64,000 bases of DNA from an uncultured Clostridia bacterium (GTDB lineage Bacteria; Bacillota; Clostridia; Christensenellales; UBA1242). Of this stretch, positions 37,508-46,062 are shown piece after piece. Below the pieces are notes generated by a model that saw nothing but the letters and a program-made list of their open reading frames with translations, was not told the origin of the DNA and searched no databases. Both the position numbers and the translations under genes were made by a program. The stretch spans positions 18,970 through 82,969 of the forward strand of contig CALWQM010000011.1 of NCBI GenBank assembly GCA_944383685.1, read 5' to 3'. Within the stretch, counting starts at the first letter, position 1. Each line of letters opens with the position of its first letter.

Positions 37508-38086
37508 TTATAAAACATTTTCAATATAATCTAAAATTCTGTCCTTTCCAAAAAAGTTTTCGCTGGAAAAAGGAAGGACAAGTTCTTTTCTTACCCCAAG
37601 GTGCTTTGCAATTTTGCCAGCACTTTGTGGAATTTTGCTCTTTGCAAGTTTGTCCACCTTTGTCATTATTATCATGTAAGGAATTTGATAGTGATTTAAA
37701 AAATTAATCATCATTTTGTCAAGTTCGCTTGGCTCATGCCTGCAATCAATCAAAACAAAAACAGTTTTAAGCAAGGTGGAATTTAACAAATATTTTTCCA
37801 TAAGCCCCGCCCAATTTGCAATGTGCTTTTGCCCAGTTTTTGCATAGCCATAGCCTGGCAGGTCAACAAACTTAAAACTGTTATTTATAACAAAATAGTT
37901 TATCATTTTTGTCAGTCCTGGGGTTGATGAAGTTTTCGCCAAATTTTTGACACCTGTGAGAGCATTAATAAGAGAGGATTTGCCGACATTACTTCTGCCC
38001 ACAAAAGCAAACTCCACCATATCATCGTTTAAAATATTTTTCTCGTCAACAACACTTGTTAAATACTTTGCACTTGTTATATTCAT
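37508..38086 (-). CDS. engB: Ribosome biogenesis GTPase YsxC/EngB
   Basis: GRSNVGKSSLINAL, DLPGYGYA, TKVDK motifs. Confidence 0.9.
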   Translation of the reverse strand: MNITSAKYLTSVVDEKNILNDDMVEFAFVGRSNVGKSSLINALTGVKNLAKTSSTPGLTKMINYFVINNSFKFVDLPGYGYAKTGQKHIANWAGLMEKYLLNSTLLKTVFVLIDCRHEPSELDKMMINFLNHYQIPYMIIMTKVDKLAKSKIPQSAGKIAKHLGVRKELVLPFSSENFFGKDRILDYIENVL

Positions 38087-38125
38087 GTTTTGATTATAGC
38101 ATAAATTTTTTAAAAGGACAATCTT

Positions 38126-38806
38126 TTAAAGAATAACATAAAACAAAATTGAAACAAATTGAAGACAACTGCCGAGAAGCACAAACAAATGCCACACAGA
38201 GTGAATGTATTTCACCTTATGCCCAAAGGCAAAAAAGATTGCACCCACTGTGTATGCAATTCCGCCAAAAAGTAGCCACAAGATTCCATTGAACTCCAAA
38301 TTTCTTGAAAGTGGAGCAAAGGCAATCACTATGCACCACCCTAAAAGAAGATAAAGCACCATGCTGAAATTTTTCCATTTATACATGTTGACTGAATTTA
38401 GAACTATCCCCAAAATGGACAATGCCCAAACAAAGGCAAAAATGCCGTATCCCCATGCTGGCTCTCCCCGCAAAGCAATTAAGCAAAAGGGAGTATATGA
38501 GCCTGCAATCAACAAAAATATTGAACAGTGGTCAAAAATACGAAAAACCTTCTTTGCCTTGTTGGGTCTTAAAAAATGATAAATTGCACTCATGGTGTAA
38601 GTTATTATCATGCAAAAACCATAGACATACATGGCAAAAACACCAAGCCAATCACTATGTAGATGTGCAAACACAACCCCAATAACCAAAAATATTATTC
38701 CAAAAGACGCACCCACAATGTGAGTTACAGCGTTGAAAATTTCTTCTCCCTTTGTGAAAGAAGGAAGTGATTTATCATAAACTTTAACTTTTGCATCAGC
38801 TTTCAT
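38126..38806 (-). CDS. Hemolysin III / PAQR family membrane protein
   Basis: 7-TM protein with FNAVTH, YH and HLFV motifs. Confidence 0.85.
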   Translation of the reverse strand: MKADAKVKVYDKSLPSFTKGEEIFNAVTHIVGASFGIIFLVIGVVFAHLHSDWLGVFAMYVYGFCMIITYTMSAIYHFLRPNKAKKVFRIFDHCSIFLLIAGSYTPFCLIALRGEPAWGYGIFAFVWALSILGIVLNSVNMYKWKNFSMVLYLLLGWCIVIAFAPLSRNLEFNGILWLLFGGIAYTVGAIFFAFGHKVKYIHSVWHLFVLLGSCLQFVSILFYVIL

Positions 38807-38918
38807 AACAATTTAATTATAGCCAACAATATTTATTAAAATCAAATTATTTCAAAAATTTTAAATATTTTTTTGAAATTGTTTGGATATTTGATTTAAA
38901 ATATGTATAATTTAATCT

Positions 38919-39374
38919 ATGAAAAACTTTATACAAATTGTTAAATTCACATTGTTCTCTATATCTGCTGGTATAATTCAAATTGGCACTTTTGCCCTTT
39001 TTGACTATGTTTTCAAATGGCCATATTGGGTTGCGTATCTCACATCCTTGGTGCTTTCGGTGATATGGAACTTCACCTTTAACCGCAGATTCACCTTTAA
39101 AAGTGCAAAAAACATTCCTTTTGCAATGTTTCTTGTCTTTCTATATTACCTTGTTTTCACTCCACTTTCCACACTTTGGGGAAATGCACTTGAAAGCATA
39201 GGCGTCGAAGACATTTTGGTGACCGCTTTTTCTATGATAATTAACTTTGTTACAGAATTTTTATATCAAAAATTTGTTGTCTATCACAATGCGGAAAACA
39301 CCAATGATTTGGCAAAAAATGAAGCTGAACAGAGTTTTGATAAAATTATGAAAGTTTTAAAAACAGATTTATAA
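38919..39374 (+). CDS. GtrA family membrane protein
   Basis: 151 aa, 4 TM helices, WNFTFNRRFTF motif. Confidence 0.8.
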   Translation: MKNFIQIVKFTLFSISAGIIQIGTFALFDYVFKWPYWVAYLTSLVLSVIWNFTFNRRFTFKSAKNIPFAMFLVFLYYLVFTPLSTLWGNALESIGVEDILVTAFSMIINFVTEFLYQKFVVYHNAENTNDLAKNEAEQSFDKIMKVLKTDL

Positions 39375-39464
39375 ATTCGCAAATATGCGGATTTTTTATT
39401 GCCAATTAACATTGTTTTAACCCAATCTTTTCAATCTTCATATTTAAAAAGATAGGAGAAAAAC

Positions 39465-40763
39465 ATGGGAAACTTTTTTGGAACTGATGGCATACGTGGA
39501 ATTTTTGGGCAAACCTTAACAACCAATATTGCAAAAATGGCAGGAAATGCCCTTACACAGGTAAAACATAGACCTAAAATTGTGATTGGCAGTGACACAA
39601 GAACTTCAAGTGACATTTTGAAATGTGCCTTGGCGGAAGGTGTTATGCTTGGTGGCGGTGATGTAATAGATGTTGGAATCGTTCCAACCGCCTGCATATC
39701 TTATTTAACATGCGAATTTTGTTTTGACTACGGCGTTATGATTTCCGCCTCCCACAACCCACCAATGTATAATGGAATTAAAATTTTCAAGTCTAATGGG
39801 CAAAAAATGACAGATGAAGAAGAAAACAACTTGGAAAGTTACTTTTCAAATTTTTATGAAACCTCCCCATATGGAAATTATAGGCAAAAAAATTTGTCAA
39901 AAAAATATATAAATTTTTTACTTGAAAATGCCGAATTTAATTTAAGTGGATATAAAATTTGCCTTGATTGCAGTAATGGCGCATCATATAAAATTGCCCC
40001 AAAAGTATTTAAAAAACTTGGGGCAAAAGTGTTTTGCACAGGCTGTAAGAATGATGGCGAAAAAATTAATGAAAATTGCGGAAGTTTGCATATTGAAAAT
40101 TTGCAAAAGCTTGTTAAAAGAAAACAAGCCAATTTTGGTTTTGCATTCGACGGAGATGCTGACCGCCTTATTGCAGTGGATGGAAATGGAAATATATTTG
40201 ATGGCGACCAAATTTTGTATATTTTGGCAAAAAAGATGAAAAATGAAGGTTCTCTTTATGCTAACACAGTTGTGGGAACAAGTCACACCAACAGTGGAAT
40301 AATGTCCGCTTTAAACAAAAATAAAATAAATTTGATAAGAACGGATATTGGAGATAAATATGTTATTGATGCAATGCAAAAAATGAATCTATCGCTTGGC
40401 GGTGAACAATCTGGGCATATCATTTTAAGAGATAAAATAAATACTGGGGATGGAATTTTAACAGCAATCAATTTAACAAACGCAATCTGCAAAGAAAAGG
40501 CATCTCTTTCCACCCTATTTGATGCACAACTTTTGCCACAAGCAAACTTGAACATTGTTGTTAAAGACAAAATGAAGGTTATGAACAATGAAGAATTAAG
40601 GGAATTAATTTCAAACATATCATGCACAATCCAACCAGCAGGCAGAGTGCTTGTAAGAGCCAGCGGAACAGAGAACAAAATAAGGATTATGGTGGAATAC
40701 ACATCCCTTGCAAAGGCAAAAAAATATGCAAAGGAAATTAAAACTCTTGTATTAAAAATTTAA
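39465..40763 (+). CDS. glmM: Phosphoglucosamine mutase
   Basis: FGTDGIRG, SASHNP (phospho-Ser), GDGDADR-like FDGDADR, GEQSGH motifs. Confidence 0.93.
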   Translation: MGNFFGTDGIRGIFGQTLTTNIAKMAGNALTQVKHRPKIVIGSDTRTSSDILKCALAEGVMLGGGDVIDVGIVPTACISYLTCEFCFDYGVMISASHNPPMYNGIKIFKSNGQKMTDEEENNLESYFSNFYETSPYGNYRQKNLSKKYINFLLENAEFNLSGYKICLDCSNGASYKIAPKVFKKLGAKVFCTGCKNDGEKINENCGSLHIENLQKLVKRKQANFGFAFDGDADRLIAVDGNGNIFDGDQILYILAKKMKNEGSLYANTVVGTSHTNSGIMSALNKNKINLIRTDIGDKYVIDAMQKMNLSLGGEQSGHIILRDKINTGDGILTAINLTNAICKEKASLSTLFDAQLLPQANLNIVVKDKMKVMNNEELRELISNISCTIQPAGRVLVRASGTENKIRIMVEYTSLAKAKKYAKEIKTLVLKI

Positions 40764-40829
40764 ATAAAAAGCAGTTTAAAATATTGAAACTCTCCTATAT
40801 ATGTGATATAATAATAAAAAGGATGTATT

Positions 40830-41423
40830 ATGAGTGAAATTGATATTTTAAACGATAATATTACAGAAATGAGAGAATTAAAAAATAGCCCAGATAAGAT
40901 AAAATCTACTTTGATTGTTGGTTTAACAAAAATGGATTTTGCAATTATATTGAGTAAACATTACAAAGATATAATTGATAAAAATTTCACCCTTTTCTCA
41001 GGATACATAAAATGTTCACACTACTATATCAAAGAAATTAATGATGAAACCGCAATTATTTTCAATGATTTTTCAATATATAATTTGGACACAAAAAATA
41101 ATAAAATTACTTTTTTACCAAAAGAAACAAAAGAGTATCGTGAAGGATTTTTTGAATATCTTGCAGTAAAAGATAGACAGAGGGCAAAAAAATATCTTGC
41201 AGGTTTAACAGATTTTGTTGAAACAAATAAATCACAAGAAATAAAAATTTTAGATATTGTTAAGTATGAAATTGAAAAACGCAATGGAGAAATTAAAACT
41301 AGCTCAAATAATCCGCATTTAGTAAACGATTCAAACTATTTAAAAGTTGTTCAAAAAAGTCTTAAAGAGGAAACATCTTGGTTCAAATTTTATAATGATA
41401 TATTAAATAAAAACGTAGAATAA
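40830..41423 (+). CDS. Hypothetical protein (197 aa)
   Basis: ORF with an RBS. No family recognised. Confidence 0.5.
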   Translation: MSEIDILNDNITEMRELKNSPDKIKSTLIVGLTKMDFAIILSKHYKDIIDKNFTLFSGYIKCSHYYIKEINDETAIIFNDFSIYNLDTKNNKITFLPKETKEYREGFFEYLAVKDRQRAKKYLAGLTDFVETNKSQEIKILDIVKYEIEKRNGEIKTSSNNPHLVNDSNYLKVVQKSLKEETSWFKFYNDILNKNVE

Positions 41424-41490
41424 AAAAAAAGATGGCTAAACACCATCTTTTTAACATTCAATTAATTTTTAATCAAAGCATTTCTTAAAC

Positions 41491-41955
41491 TTAGTATGCC
41501 TTAGCCTTTTTTCTTTTCTTAACAGGTTTGAAAACTTTATCAATTAAAACATCCAAAACATTGTCTATTTGTTTAACATCTTCCTTTTCCAACTTCTTTT
41601 CAATGTTGTTCATGATAAGTTCGCCATAGTTTGCTTTGTTACCATAAAATTTGAAAAACTTATCAGTTGGTGTCAATCTAAATTCTCTGCCATCCTTTTT
41701 GCTTTTAACTTTTTCAATATATCCCTTTTTAATCAATTGTTTAACTTTATAAGTTGCATTTGGAGAAGAAATATCAAGAAAATCTGCAAACTCACTTATA
41801 GTTGGATTATCCAAAAGATAAACACATTCGAGACAAAAATATTCGGAAGAAGATAGACTATCGTCAGTCTTTCCTTTCAAGCCTTTGAAAACATTTTTAT
41901 AAATCATTAATTTGAAATTTTTGTAAATACAATCTAACTTATTTTTTGTTCTCAT
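41491..41955 (-). CDS. MarR family transcriptional regulator
   Basis: Winged-helix pattern (PTISEFADFLDISSPNATYKVKQLIKKGYIEKV.S..DGRE). Confidence 0.7.
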   Translation of the reverse strand: MRTKNKLDCIYKNFKLMIYKNVFKGLKGKTDDSLSSSEYFCLECVYLLDNPTISEFADFLDISSPNATYKVKQLIKKGYIEKVKSKKDGREFRLTPTDKFFKFYGNKANYGELIMNNIEKKLEKEDVKQIDNVLDVLIDKVFKPVKKRKKAKAY

Positions 41956-42122
41956 GTTAACCTCTTTTAAACTTCTATTAATTCTATCACATAATTATTT
42001 ACGATTTCAAGCAAATTTAAAAAATAATTTAAAAATTTTAAATATTATTTGACAACATTGCTTGTGCTATGTTAATTTAAAATTAAGATTGGAACGATTC
42101 TCTTAATTGTTTTTATGGTTTA

Positions 42123-42142
42123 ACAGGCATCGCCTGTTTTTC
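42123..42142 (+). terminator. Copy 2 of the ACAGGCatcGCCTGTTTTT hairpin
   Basis: Identical to the serS terminator, including the flanking taa...tctttt. No plus-strand gene lies upstream. Confidence 0.55.
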
Positions 42143-42237
42143 TTTTAAAATTTTTTCTGCCTATATTTTGGCAGAATTTTATTTTGTTTTTATTTAAACA
42201 CTTGATTTTGAAAATAAAATTATGCTATACTCAAAAT

Positions 42238-42312
42238 GGTCCTATGGTCAAGCGGTTAAGACGCAGCCCTCTCACGGCTGAATCAGGGGTTCGATTCCCC
42301 TTAGGATCACCA
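42238..42312 (+). tRNA. tRNA-Glu (anticodon CUC), CCA encoded
   Basis: Cloverleaf read by eye: GGTCCTA acceptor stem, anticodon stem CAGCC/GGCTG with loop CTCTCAC, T arm AGGGG-TTCGATT-CCCCT. TTGATT-18-TATACT promoter. Confidence 0.9.
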
Positions 42313-42332
42313 CAGGCATCGCCTGTTTTTTT
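42312..42332 (+). terminator. tRNA-Glu terminator, copy 3 of the ACAGGCatcGCCTGTTTTT hairpin
   Basis: Starts at the terminal A of CCA. Same 15-nt hairpin plus T-run. Confidence 0.7.
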
Positions 42333-42396
42333 ATTTATAACACACTAAATTCTTTACTTGCAAGAAAAAATATGTTAATATGTTTTAAGGTGAAGT

Positions 42397-43215
42397 ATGT
42401 TTAAATTTAATTTTGTTGTTGATGAAAATATTTTGGCAATTATGTTAATCTATGACACAAAAAGAACTAACCATGTGTTGTCCAATGAATTTGCAAACTA
42501 CTTATGGGATAAATATCACATGGACTATATTACCATACAACGCAAACGCGTTTCAAAAGATGTTATAGGCAAAGATATCCTTAGAGAAGTTAAAAATCAA
42601 GACTTTTTTAAAAAAATAGTTGCAGATGCAGAAGAAAATGCTAAAAGAATTGAAAATAATTTGAAAGAAAAGCAAGAAGAAATCGAAGAATTTTTATCTA
42701 AAATCCTTAAATATAACAAACCGCTTCCAAATCAAACGGCATATATCTTGCCACCATATTTATGTCATGGTTTCAGCACTTCAAGAGTGTTTCCAAATTC
42801 CTTTGTTTGGGGACACCAAAGAGGTTTAAAAAACAAAAATTACGATTTAGTTTATATTTATCATGAAGCTTTACATTCACTTTTCCCTGTAAATGATTTG
42901 TATGAAACAGTTGTGGAAAACATTGCTGACATTGAACTTGGAAAATTTTTAAACTGCCCAAATAATTTGCAAGATGTTCATGATGAAACGAGGCTTATTC
43001 ATGCAAAAATATTGCCATATTGGAATTTGTATTTAGATAGGTCAAGAAAAGAAATTGAAGAAACTCAAAATTATCTAAATGTAGATTATGATATTGACAA
43101 ATTTGAGCCAATGCGTGATGTATTAAAAAATATGAATATTTTTGAATTTGGGAAATGGCTTGAAAATCAAGATTTAGAAAAGCAAAAACTTGTTTTTACT
43201 TATAAACTTTTATAA
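42397..43215 (+). CDS. Hypothetical protein with an HExxH motif (272 aa)
   Basis: AAGGTGA RBS. YIYHEALHSLF is the only recognisable motif. Confidence 0.5.
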   Translation: MFKFNFVVDENILAIMLIYDTKRTNHVLSNEFANYLWDKYHMDYITIQRKRVSKDVIGKDILREVKNQDFFKKIVADAEENAKRIENNLKEKQEEIEEFLSKILKYNKPLPNQTAYILPPYLCHGFSTSRVFPNSFVWGHQRGLKNKNYDLVYIYHEALHSLFPVNDLYETVVENIADIELGKFLNCPNNLQDVHDETRLIHAKILPYWNLYLDRSRKEIEETQNYLNVDYDIDKFEPMRDVLKNMNIFEFGKWLENQDLEKQKLVFTYKLL

Positions 43216-43216
43216 T

Positions 43217-43411
43217 TTAAAAAATTCCATAATCGTTTAATAACTTAATATATTCGTCAAAATGATCTTGCCTTATTGGCATTGGTTTTTCATCTTTGAA
43301 ATAAATAATAAGGCATGGTGCTATGTTATGATATGAACTTAAAATTTCATAATTAACTGCCCGCCCATCTCTTATTAATTTTTTCACCTTTGCGTGATAG
43401 TTGAAATACAT
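43217..43411 (-). CDS. Small hypothetical protein (64 aa)
   Basis: ORF only; no family assigned. Confidence 0.4.
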   Translation of the reverse strand: MYFNYHAKVKKLIRDGRAVNYEILSSYHNIAPCLIIYFKDEKPMPIRQDHFDEYIKLLNDYGIF

Positions 43412-43485
43412 AATTTAAGTTTGCGCATTTACCAAAATTTTATAAACCGCATATATAAATATGTGAATTTATAAGTGAGGTAATA

Positions 43486-43785
43486 ATGAGAAATGTTTAT
43501 TCAATTTTAGAGCAAAACACAAACCTAACAATCGACAAACTTGCCCAAAACACCAGACTTGACATCATTGGTGAACTTGATGCAATCATTCAATATGAAA
43601 ATCATATTGCTTCCAGCAGTGATGCCGTTTATCGCAACACCCTAACTGACATTGTGAACGAAGAAAAATTGCATGTTGGGCAACTTTTTGGTTTACTTTT
43701 TATGCTTGACCCAACAAGTAAGGAACAATTTGAAAAAGGCTTAAATGAGTTTACAAACCAAAACAGGTCTAACAACAACTATTAA
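43486..43785 (+). CDS. Ferritin-like protein resembling encapsulated ferritin (EncFtn)
   Basis: GELDAIIQYE...NEEKLHVGQL...LDP matches the E / ExxH di-iron pattern of the EncFtn family. GTGAGG RBS. Confidence 0.55.
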   Translation: MRNVYSILEQNTNLTIDKLAQNTRLDIIGELDAIIQYENHIASSSDAVYRNTLTDIVNEEKLHVGQLFGLLFMLDPTSKEQFEKGLNEFTNQNRSNNNY

Positions 43786-43858
43786 AATATAAAACAAAAA
43801 ACTCATAAAACAAAAAGATAGTGTAAAATGTCACACTATCTTTTATTTTCAAAACATA

Positions 43859-44518
43859 TTATTTTTTATATTTTTCACAATTTAAAATGTTGTTTTCTGT
43901 GAAATAATCATACAACTGATTGAAATTACCCGAGTTATAATGTAAATATTGAACACCCGCCTTTTTTGCTGGCAAAATGTCATGTGAATAGCTGTCTCCA
44001 ACCATTAAAAGTTCTGTTGATTTGATATTTTCTTTCTTAATAATATCTAAAAGAATTGGAACTTTTGATTTATCTTCTGCAAGTAAATCGGCAGATAAAA
44101 CCTCTTTAAAAACTGCTCTATCAATTTTATATTTGTCAAAGTAAAAATCAAGATAATTTTCATTAGACATTGAAAGACAATAAATTTCATAGTGCTTGCT
44201 TAATTCTTTCAAAAAATCATTAGAAATAACTTCAACTTCACAAGGATGAACATAAACATTTTCTTTCACAAGGCTTAAAAACTTTTCATAGTCATAACCT
44301 TTTTGTTTCAACAAGGTAATAATATGGTCAATATGCACATTCCCTTGAAAAACTTTAACACTTGCATCCAAAAGCTCTTTTGCTTCCTTATGAGGTAAAA
44401 TTTTTTCAAGAATTTTCAAAACATGATTATTGTAATTTGTCCAAACATCACCATTATAAAGAGTGTTATCAAAATCAAAAACAATAACCTTAATCTTTTG
44501 CAACATTTTATTATTCAA
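43859..44518 (-). CDS. HAD family hydrolase
   Basis: VFDFDNTLY (motif I) and VGDSYSHD (motif IV). Confidence 0.75.
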   Translation of the reverse strand: MNNKMLQKIKVIVFDFDNTLYNGDVWTNYNNHVLKILEKILPHKEAKELLDASVKVFQGNVHIDHIITLLKQKGYDYEKFLSLVKENVYVHPCEVEVISNDFLKELSKHYEIYCLSMSNENYLDFYFDKYKIDRAVFKEVLSADLLAEDKSKVPILLDIIKKENIKSTELLMVGDSYSHDILPAKKAGVQYLHYNSGNFNQLYDYFTENNILNCEKYKK

Positions 44519-45179
44519 TTCCTTTTAAAATATTAATCGCTTTAAATCTGTCTTTTGCATTATATACATAAGAACCTGACACAATTATGTCAACTCCCAA
44601 GTCCCTAAGTTTGCCAGCATTTTTTTCATTCACTCCACCATCAAACTCAATCTTAAAGTCAAGATTGTTATCCACTTTAAATTTGTAAATTTCTGCCACC
44701 TTATCATAGGTTTCAAACATAGTTTCTTGCCCACTTGCACCAGGTTCAACACCCATAACCAAAATGATGTCCGCACTATATGCAAAGGCCCTAATTTCTT
44801 TAAAAGGAGTTCCCGGATTTAAACTTATTCCAGCAAGAGCATGACTTTTTTTGATGTAGTCAATAGCTTCCGCCAAAAGGTCTTTATCTTTAAAAGCCTC
44901 ATAGTGAACAGTCACAATGTTTGCCCCAGCATTTATATATTTTGAGACCTCGTTTGCTGGTTCATTAACCATCAAATGGCAGTCAAGCATAATGGCACTT
45001 GCACTGTTGATTGATTTGACAACATTATAGTCATAAGTGTTCTTTGAAACAAAGTTTTCATCCATAATATCACAATGCAAAAACTCTGCATGCCCCTGCA
45101 TAAGTTTTGCATATTCCACAATGTTTTGAAAGTCGTCAATAGGGTCAGTTGAAACGGCAATGTCCACAATCTTTTTCAT
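44511..45179 (-). CDS. rpe: Ribulose-phosphate 3-epimerase
   Basis: HCDIMD, DCHLMV, PGASGQ, DGG motifs. Confidence 0.9.
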   Translation of the reverse strand: MKKIVDIAVSTDPIDDFQNIVEYAKLMQGHAEFLHCDIMDENFVSKNTYDYNVVKSINSASAIMLDCHLMVNEPANEVSKYINAGANIVTVHYEAFKDKDLLAEAIDYIKKSHALAGISLNPGTPFKEIRAFAYSADIILVMGVEPGASGQETMFETYDKVAEIYKFKVDNNLDFKIEFDGGVNEKNAGKLRDLGVDIIVSGSYVYNAKDRFKAINILKGIE

Positions 45180-45219
45180 AAAAACTCCTTTTTACATGAT
45201 AGCAAAAATTTTAATTAAA

Positions 45220-46062
45220 TCAAAACTTTTTAAGTCGTTTTAAGTTTTCTTGCAAAATTTTATAGTTTTCATATCTTAACTTGCTGATTTTTCCACTTTT
45301 AACAGCATCACAAACACCACAATCTTTTGAAGTTAAGTGTAAACAACTTTTGTATTTGCACTTATATGCTGGTTCAATAAATTCTGGGTAATAACTTTTA
45401 AGTTCATATTCGTCAACATTCAAAAGTCTTTCATCAAGTTTTGAAAAGCCAGCTGTGTCAGCCAAAAATTTCCCCTTTTCAATTTCATAAAGTTGAACAA
45501 GGCGAGTGGTCTGTTTCCCTCGTTCCACCTTTTTGCTGAAATCACCAATAACCGCTTTTTTATCTCCTAAAAGTGCATTGATGATAGAAGACTTTCCAAC
45601 AGCACTTTGCCCAGCAAGAGCAGTTATGCCAAATATGTGGCTTTTTAATGAAAAAACTGATTCATCTTGTGTGGAAATTATCAAGCAGTCACATGCATCT
45701 TTGTAATTTTCCACAATCATATTTGCATAGTCATTCCCAAGGTCCGCCTTGTTTATACACAAAACTGGTTTAATTCCATTCACAACACAAAAAATAATCA
45801 ATTTGTCAACAAGCAAAAAATCTGGTTTTGGCAATTTTGCCACAACAATTATCATTGAGTCAACATTTACAAGTGGTGGTCTTATTAAAAGGTTTTTTCT
45901 TTCCAAAACTTTCACAATTGTGTTGTTTTCGTCAAGTTCCACTTTGTCGCCAACAAAAAGCCCATTTTCTTTCAAATTGCGTGCCACACAAGTGAAGACT
46001 TGCTCATTCACCATAACATCAAACTTATCGGCATTCTTTTTAAGAACTAATCCTCTTTTCAA
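45220..46062 (-). CDS. rsgA: Ribosome small-subunit-dependent GTPase RsgA
   Basis: LAGQSAVGKSSIINAL and CKY.SCLH zinc motif. TTG start 6 nt after GGAGG, overlapping the rlmN stop (TTGA). Confidence 0.85.
   Translation of the reverse strand: MKRGLVLKKNADKFDVMVNEQVFTCVARNLKENGLFVGDKVELDENNTIVKVLERKNLLIRPPLVNVDSMIIVVAKLPKPDFLLVDKLIIFCVVNGIKPVLCINKADLGNDYANMIVENYKDACDCLIISTQDESVFSLKSHIFGITALAGQSAVGKSSIINALLGDKKAVIGDFSKKVERGKQTTRLVQLYEIEKGKFLADTAGFSKLDERLLNVDEYELKSYYPEFIEPAYKCKYKSCLHLTSKDCGVCDAVKSGKISKLRYENYKILQENLKRLKKF

Noticed and set aside
10073-42142. Identical 27/28-nt repeats at 10072 and 42121, considered as possible att-like boundaries of a 32-kb mobile island.
   Set aside because: The interval is filled with essential core genes (mur, ftsW, ppdK, glmM, sporulation genes) and contains no integrase, recombinase or transfer genes. 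The repeat is a terminator hairpin.
43217-44518. Looked for an encapsulin shell gene or other cargo genes next to the EncFtn-like ORF.
   Set aside because: The neighbouring ORFs are a 64-aa protein and a HAD hydrolase, and nothing resembles an HK97-fold shell of about 260-300 aa or more. The gene is therefore reported as an orphan.
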